Assembly: GCA_965207735.1 (NCBI GenBank)
Contig: OZ242296.1
Span: 1,408,001 to 1,472,000, forward strand
From: Candidatus Versatilivorator sp.
Lineage (GTDB): Bacteria > Acidobacteriota > Terriglobia > Versatilivoradales > Versatilivoraceae
DNA: 64,000 nt
Direction: 5' to 3'
The translations under genes and the position numbers were made by a program. Position 1 is the stretch's first letter, and the number at the start of each line of letters is the position of its first letter. Below the pieces are notes generated by a model, which made no database searches, was not told the origin of the DNA, and saw only the letters and a program-made list of their open reading frames with translations. Shown here piece after piece: positions 58,515 to 64,000 of the stretch.

Positions 58515-60610
58515 GGCTCCACTCCATCCAACGGAGCGGCGCCATTGCCCTGGCTCCAGTTGGGCTGCAACTCCAGAAAAAGAGTGTAAATGCCCCGCTT
58601 CACAAACAGCGGGATGTTGGCTGGTTTCCGGTTGCCGGCGGCCTCCAGGTGAGCCTCCAGATCCTGCACTCCCCTGACTTCTTGGCGATCCACGGCCTTG
58701 ATGAGGTCTCGAGCCTTCAATCCGGCCACTGCAGCCCATCCTCCCGCATCCACCTGCGAGACCAGGGCACCGCTTTCCTCCTCCGACCAGCGATTGGCGA
58801 CGCGGTCCAGGTAGGAGATATCCCGGGCCTTGAATTCGAAGCGGAGGTCCTCGTAGACCGGCAACTCTCCTTCCGAGGTGGGCATGGCGACCAGCTCGGC
58901 ACTCAGGGCGCTGGTCTCTCCCGACCGTATCAGGGTGAATTCGGCCTGGCTGCCGACCCGGTAGGCCCGAATCATGGTCTTGAATACCTCGGCGTCCTGG
59001 GGTTCGGAAGCCTCGATGACCTGGGAATCGACATGAGTCAGGATATCCCCCACCTTGAAGCCGGCGGCTTCGGCGGAACTGCCGGGATAGACCTGGGTAA
59101 TTCTCACCCCCTTCTTGCCCGGAAGGTCGAGGGCCTTGGCCAGCTTGCGCGACAGCACCTGCGTCGCGACCGGCAGCCAGGCCTTTCTGGCTTCGGCCGG
59201 GGGCCTCTGCGGGCGCCTCAGACCCACTTCCACCAGGGTCAGCAGGCGCTCGGAACGGCGATCGAACGCGACCACCACCGGGACGGGGCCTTGCCGGCCG
59301 CGGCAGATCTCGGTGGTCAATCGATCGAAGGAGCGCACTCCCTCCACCGCCTTTCCGTCGATCTCCACGATGACGTCGCCCGGCCGCAGGCGGGGCACGG
59401 CCTTGTCGGCCGCCCCCCCGGGTCGAATGCTGCTGACCAGCACGCCCTCCAGACTCGGGCGGTGCAGTTGCTTGGATTCCAGCCGGGTCAAACGCCTGAG
59501 GGTTATTCCCCATTCCCTGGCCTCGGCCTCCCTGCCCCTGGCGTCATCGCGCAACTCGGGAGTGATGCTCAAGGATTGCTCGACCTCTCCCCGCTTCACC
59601 TTCACCTGCATGGGGACGCCCACGGTCTTGGAGAGCAGTCGCCGAATCAAGCCCGGCATCTCTTCCTCGAATTTGACCCGGACCGGCTCACCGTCAATGC
59701 TCAAAAGGATGTCGCCCGGCCGGAGCCCGGCCCGGTCCGACGGAGAGCCCGGCAGTACTCCCGACACCAGCGCCCCCTGGTCCGCCGTGGCTGTCGCACC
59801 GTTTTTCAACAGCGGCTGAAAGCCGGCGCCCACCCAGGACCGGCGCACCCGGCCATGCTCGATCAATTTCTGGGAGACCGGTTGAGCCAATTCGCTGGGG
59901 ATGGCGCCCCCCAGACCGAGCCCGATCTCGTTGATGCCCACGATCTCACCCCGCAGGTTCACCAGCGGGCCGCCGGAGTTCCCCGGGAAAATGCCGGCGT
60001 CGTGTCCGATCCACTTGACCACGGATCCGACGTTTTCCCCATCCAGCCGCAGGGGAGCGCTCATGCGCTTGGGAATCATCATGTCCTTGTTGGAGACCAC
60101 TCCGCGGGTCACCGACTGCGAGATGGCCAGGGGACATCCCATGGCCAGGACGGGCTCTCCCACCGCAAGGGCCTCCGAGCTGCCGAATCGGGCGATCGGC
60201 AGGGGTCCGCCGGCGGGGTCCCGGGAGGACATGTCCAGCTTGATCACGGCAATATCGGCCAGGGCGTCGGTCCCCACCAGCTCGGCTTCCAACTCTTCCC
60301 GAGTGGAGAGGACGCAGCGAATCGAGGTCGCCTTGCCGGCCACGTGGTGGTTGGTGATGACATAGCCCTCAGGGGATATGATGACCCCGCTCCCGGTGGA
60401 TTCGAACTTGCGCCCTCTGCCTCCCCCGTGCCGCAGAGACAACACATAGATTTGAACCAGGGCCGGATAGACGGCATCGATGGCCCGCTGGACCTGCTGC
60501 TCGGTCCCCGGCCTCCTGCTCGCCTCCGCCGCTGCCGCGGGGGAAGCCAAAAGGGAGGACACCACCAACGCCACCAACCCCGAGACTCCCATTTTCCTTC
60601 GATGAACCAT
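58511..60610 (-). CDS. HtrA/DegP-like serine protease with multiple PDZ domains
   Basis: GSGVII, TNHHV, DIAVI, GNSGGPL; several GSxA..AG.rpGD PDZ repeats; start uncertain. Confidence 0.9.
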   Translation of the reverse strand: MVHRRKMGVSGLVALVVSSLLASPAAAAEASRRPGTEQQVQRAIDAVYPALVQIYVLSLRHGGGRGRKFESTGSGVIISPEGYVITNHHVAGKATSIRCVLSTREELEAELVGTDALADIAVIKLDMSSRDPAGGPLPIARFGSSEALAVGEPVLAMGCPLAISQSVTRGVVSNKDMMIPKRMSAPLRLDGENVGSVVKWIGHDAGIFPGNSGGPLVNLRGEIVGINEIGLGLGGAIPSELAQPVSQKLIEHGRVRRSWVGAGFQPLLKNGATATADQGALVSGVLPGSPSDRAGLRPGDILLSIDGEPVRVKFEEEMPGLIRRLLSKTVGVPMQVKVKRGEVEQSLSITPELRDDARGREAEAREWGITLRRLTRLESKQLHRPSLEGVLVSSIRPGGAADKAVPRLRPGDVIVEIDGKAVEGVRSFDRLTTEICRGRQGPVPVVVAFDRRSERLLTLVEVGLRRPQRPPAEARKAWLPVATQVLSRKLAKALDLPGKKGVRITQVYPGSSAEAAGFKVGDILTHVDSQVIEASEPQDAEVFKTMIRAYRVGSQAEFTLIRSGETSALSAELVAMPTSEGELPVYEDLRFEFKARDISYLDRVANRWSEEESGALVSQVDAGGWAAVAGLKARDLIKAVDRQEVRGVQDLEAHLEAAGNRKPANIPLFVKRGIYTLFLELQPNWSQGNGAAPLDGVEP

Positions 60611-60669
60611 GCAGACCCTCCCGGGCTTGCGCCAACCGCTTCCTTGACCGCCGTTCATGGCGCCCCGGA

Positions 60670-62127
60670 TCAGTACCTGGGCACTGAGGGATCCACCTCT
60701 TGAGACCAGCGGTCGATGCCTCCGGTGAGATTCTTCACATTGGTAAAGCCGGCCTTCTGCATCTGTTCCACCGCCCTGGCGCTGCGCCCGCCCAGCTTGC
60801 AATGGACCACGATCTCGTCATCGGAATTCAACTCGCCCATGCGTTGGCCCAGTTGTCCCAGCGGGATCAGAATGGAGCCGGGCAGGCAGCAGATGTCATA
60901 CTCGTGGGATTCCCGCACATCCAGGATCACGGGAGTTTCTCCGTTATCCAGCATGGTTTTGAGTTCCTTGGGTGTCATTTCGTCGGACTCCTCGGGCGCA
61001 TCCGCCCCGGCCGCAGCCTGAGGCGAAATACCGCAAAATTGTTGGTAGTCGATCAAGGCCTTGATGGTGGGCTGTTCTCCGCAGAGAGGGCATTTCGGAT
61101 TCTTTCGCAGCTTCAGCTCCCGAAACTTCATCTGCAACGCATCGTAAAGAATCAGACGCCCCACCAGGGATCGGCCGCTTCCCAGAATCAACTTGACGGC
61201 TTCGGTGGCCTGAACCAGTCCGATGATTCCGGGAAGGATCCCCAAAACGCCCCCCTCGGCGCAACTGGGCACCAGTCCCGGAGGGGGTGGCTCGGGATAG
61301 AGGCAGCGGTAGCAGGGACCCTGCCTGGCGTCGAACACGGATGCCTGACCCTCGAACCGAAAGATGCTCCCGTAGACGTTGGGCTTGTTCAGAAGAACAC
61401 AGGCGTCGTTCACCAGGTAACGCGTGGGGAAGTTGTCGGTTCCGTCAATTACGATGTCGTATCCGACAATGATGTCCAAAGCGTTGTCGGAAGTCAGCAT
61501 GGCTTCGTAGGTCTCCACCCGGACGTTGGGATTGATATCCAGAATCTTCTCCCGGGCCGAGTCCAGCTTGGGGCGACCCACATCCTTGGTGCCGTGAATG
61601 ACCTGCCGCTGCAGGTTGCTGAAATCGACGATGTCGAAGTCTACCAATCCCAGCTTTCCGATGCCGGCGGCCGAAAGATAGAGGCCCAGCGGAGCCCCGA
61701 GCCCCCCGGTCCCGACGAGCAGGACCCTGGCGGCCTTCAGCTTCTTTTGGCCCTCCATGCCGACTTCCGGCATGATGAGGTGCCGGCTGTACCTCTGGAT
61801 CTCATCCTGGCTGAGGTCCATGCTTTCCGAAGCCACCTCGACGGCAGGAAGGCTTCCGCCGGCGATGGATGGCACGATGCTCAAGACGTCCCCTTCCTTC
61901 ACGGGCGTCCGGTCTTCCTGCAGATACCGCACATCCTCGTCGTTGATGTACAGGTTGACAAAGTTGCGGACCTGCCCCTCGTCATTCAGCAGGTGGGGCT
62001 TGAGCTCAGGAAAACGCCGGACCAGTCCGTCGATCACCTCACCCACGGATTCGCCGCTCAGTTCCACCTCGTCCCGATTGCCCGTGAGATGTCGCAACGC
62101 AACCGGCAGGAGCACCTTCAAAGCCAT
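60670..62127 (-). CDS. moeB: MoaD/CysO-like ubiquitin domain fused to MoeB E1 and rhodanese (MoeZ-like)
   Basis: N-terminal Ubl ending SIAGG; RYSRH, GTGGLG, SNLQRQ, CYRC..SCAEGG, C.LC; C-terminal rhodanese HCKLGGRS. Confidence 0.9.
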   Translation of the reverse strand: MALKVLLPVALRHLTGNRDEVELSGESVGEVIDGLVRRFPELKPHLLNDEGQVRNFVNLYINDEDVRYLQEDRTPVKEGDVLSIVPSIAGGSLPAVEVASESMDLSQDEIQRYSRHLIMPEVGMEGQKKLKAARVLLVGTGGLGAPLGLYLSAAGIGKLGLVDFDIVDFSNLQRQVIHGTKDVGRPKLDSAREKILDINPNVRVETYEAMLTSDNALDIIVGYDIVIDGTDNFPTRYLVNDACVLLNKPNVYGSIFRFEGQASVFDARQGPCYRCLYPEPPPPGLVPSCAEGGVLGILPGIIGLVQATEAVKLILGSGRSLVGRLILYDALQMKFRELKLRKNPKCPLCGEQPTIKALIDYQQFCGISPQAAAGADAPEESDEMTPKELKTMLDNGETPVILDVRESHEYDICCLPGSILIPLGQLGQRMGELNSDDEIVVHCKLGGRSARAVEQMQKAGFTNVKNLTGGIDRWSQEVDPSVPRY

Positions 62128-62253
62128 TTCTCCTCCTCAAGGATCATCCCCACGCTCGCTGGACATAGTATAGCCCGCATTTCCTGCCGGGTCGCCGCGC
62201 AGGGGATGAAATATTGCATCGGGCCAGCACCCGGTAGGCAATGTGGGGCCGGC

Positions 62254-62679
62254 TCACCCGGCTTCGAATTCCTCGGGGCTGAAACGGGACCGGTCGTCGG
62301 TCAGCCTCCAGCAGGTCATGGCTCCGGCCCTTCCCAGGGAAACCGAGACAATGAGGTATGAGTAGAAGGGCCAGGCATGATCCAGATCGAACTGAGAGGG
62401 CCGGGCCTCGGCGTTGGGATGGGAGTGGTAGAAGCCCAGCACATCCATGCCCTTTTCCCGCGCCCGTTTCTCGGCTTCGAACATGGTCCCGGGTGAGATC
62501 AGAAATCGGTTGTGCCGGTCGCTCTCCTTGCGTGCATTCTCGGCCGGAAGCAACTCAAGGATGTGCTTGTCTCCCTGAACCAGCCGCCCCAGCATCAAGC
62601 CACAGCACTCGTTGGGATAAGTGGCCTCCCCGTGAGCTTGAATGGCCCGGGGATGCTCCCGTTTCAATTTAACCACCAC
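62254..62679 (-). CDS. JAB/M67 metallopeptidase (Mec-like)
   Basis: YPNECCG and YHSHP.....PS.FD JAMM motif. Confidence 0.9.
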   Translation of the reverse strand: MVVKLKREHPRAIQAHGEATYPNECCGLMLGRLVQGDKHILELLPAENARKESDRHNRFLISPGTMFEAEKRAREKGMDVLGFYHSHPNAEARPSQFDLDHAWPFYSYLIVSVSLGRAGAMTCWRLTDDRSRFSPEEFEAG

Positions 62680-63610
62680 CCTTGCCGACTCCCCAGAACC
62701 GCTCGTTCAGGTATTTCATGCCTCCGTCGCACAGCACCGTCACCACCACCCCGGCCTCCAGGCCCTTGGCGATCTCGACAGCCGCCACCACGTTGGCCCC
62801 GGCCGAGATCCCGACCAGAAGGCCTTCTTCACGGGCCAGCCGGCGAACCATCTCCTGAGCCGCTTCCGTGGACACCTCCAACTGCCGGTCGGCCAAGCGG
62901 CTGTCGTAGATCGGCGGGACGATGGAGGAAGGCATGTGCTTCATCCCTTCCAGGCCGTGCAGAGGCGAGTCCGGCTGCATGGCGATACACTCGATGCCCG
63001 CATCGAACTCCTTCAGCCTCCGGGTGGTCCCCACAAAGGTGCCGCTGGTACCGAGTCCGGCCACGAAATGGGTCACCCGCCCGCCGGTTTGCCGGTAGAC
63101 TTCGACCGCCGTGCTCCGGTAGTGAGCTTGCCAATTGGCCGGATTCCCGTACTGATCCGGGTAGAAGTAAAGGTCCGGGTTTTCCGAGTAGAGTCTTTTG
63201 GCTGCCCGAATGGCTCCGTCGGATCCCTCTCTGCCGCTGGTCAATACCAGTTCCGCGCCGTAAGCCTGCAAGATCTTGAGTCTTTCCGGGGTCACGTTTT
63301 CCGGCATGGCCAAACGCACCGGAATCCCCCGCACCGCCCCGATCATGGCATAGGCAATCCCGGTATTCCCGGAGGTGGCATCCAGCAGGATCTTTCCCGG
63401 CTTGAGCTTGCCTGATCTCTCCCCCTGCTCGATCATCTCCAGCGCGGGACGGTCCTTGATCGAGCCCCCGGGATTGAACCATTCCGCCTTGGCATAGACG
63501 GCGACGCCGGGTGCCCCTTGCCAGACCCGCTCGAGGGGAATCAGGGGGGTGTTGCCGATCGTATCCAGAACGGCTGTTGCTCCACCGGCTTCCAGGGTCT
63601 GGGACTTCAT
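62669..63610 (-). CDS. cysM: PLP-dependent cysteine synthase (CysM-like)
   Basis: IGNTPL, NPGGSIKDR, ATSGNTG, GLGTSGT, LCDGG.KY. Confidence 0.88.
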   Translation of the reverse strand: MKSQTLEAGGATAVLDTIGNTPLIPLERVWQGAPGVAVYAKAEWFNPGGSIKDRPALEMIEQGERSGKLKPGKILLDATSGNTGIAYAMIGAVRGIPVRLAMPENVTPERLKILQAYGAELVLTSGREGSDGAIRAAKRLYSENPDLYFYPDQYGNPANWQAHYRSTAVEVYRQTGGRVTHFVAGLGTSGTFVGTTRRLKEFDAGIECIAMQPDSPLHGLEGMKHMPSSIVPPIYDSRLADRQLEVSTEAAQEMVRRLAREEGLLVGISAGANVVAAVEIAKGLEAGVVVTVLCDGGMKYLNERFWGVGKGGG

Positions 63611-63679
63611 GGGCTTTACCTGATTTACCGCCGACTTCCGCAGCCCCGTAGACTAACATGATCGCCACCGCTTCACAAT

Positions 63680-63715
63680 CTCCCCCCGAGGCTCCCCCCG
63701 AGGCTCCCCCCGAGG
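63680..63715. repeat. 12-bp tandem repeat (CTCCCCCCGAGG)x3 in a divergent promoter region
   Basis: Directly visible. Confidence 0.9.
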
Positions 63716-63867
63716 CAGGGTCCTCTGATATACTGTGGTCGGTTCGACTCCCTCCACGTCGGTAAATATCCCTGGAAAAATTGTTGTTTTTCTCTGCCGG
63801 CGGCAAGCTGCGCAGGTCTCTGTCTCTCAGATCGAGATCGCCATAGAATCCCTGAAGGATCGAGCCC

Positions 63868-64000
63868 GTGGACGAAGACATTCTCTCCTGCCTGATGCTG
63901 ACCTCGGTGAAGGGGCTCGGCTGCCGGGGCGCCCATCGGCTGATGGCTGCCCTGGGATCACCGCGGGAGGTGGTCCAGGCAAGCCCGGGCGCCCTCACCC
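63868..64000 (+). CDS. dprA: Probable DprA N-terminus (partial, runs off the window)
   Basis: VDEDILSCLMLTSVKGLGCRGAHRLMAALGSPREVVQAS resembles the DprA N-terminal SAM/HhH-like segment. Confidence 0.55.
   Translation, partial: MDEDILSCLMLTSVKGLGCRGAHRLMAALGSPREVVQASPGALT

Noticed and set aside
58515-59513. Upstream part of the 611-aa ORF
   Set aside because: Out-of-frame overlap with the HtrA gene; the real start is the ATG at 58514.
58649-62361. 684-aa and 553-aa plus-strand ORFs (also 12919-14610, 7026-8459, 23928-25478, 34515-35864)
   Set aside because: Antisense to well-supported genes, with no recognisable motifs.
60670-62679. Ubl/E1/JAB genes as an antiphage (CBASS/Bil-type) conjugation system
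   Set aside because: No E2 or CD-NTase is present; the rhodanese fusion and adjacent cysteine synthase indicate sulfur transfer.

Overview
GC-rich bacterial chromosomal window. It is most likely Acidobacteriota (inference from three Acidobacteria-type VWA proteins, bshC, stand-alone larC, and a GTTC-N7-GTTC-like LexA box). Most of it is housekeeping: ttcA, mqnC, metG, hemW, bshC, pyrG, kdsB, dtd, icmAB-like mutase, lhr, a MacAB-like exporter, aroA, the imuA-imuB-dnaE2 mutasome, ispA, msrA, cstA, a cysM-mec-cysO/moeZ cluster and the start of dprA. The striking part is a nested mobile-element system. (i) An intact IS1380-family element (42853-44550) has 19-bp terminal IRs beginning CCCGCATTTCTCACC. 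(ii) Non-autonomous elements carry the same IR: a ~243-bp MITE splits the apbE N-terminus, and a possible second unit carries vapBC. (iii) Two near-identical 869-nt ORF-less group II introns (6031-6899, 56699-57567, minus strand) sit at exactly the same nucleotide inside that IR, and their EBS1/EBS2 are perfectly complementary to it. A third, diverged ORF-less-type relative (1-336, partial) has different EBS sequences and a different target. No reverse transcriptase is encoded in the window. Other oddities are a catalytically degenerate GlnD, a trypsin-fold pseudoprotease coupled to an HtrA-like protease, a ubiquitin-like-E1-rhodanese fusion next to a JAB protease, and three toxin-antitoxin loci in different states of decay. 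All calls come from reading motifs by eye; no searches were run.
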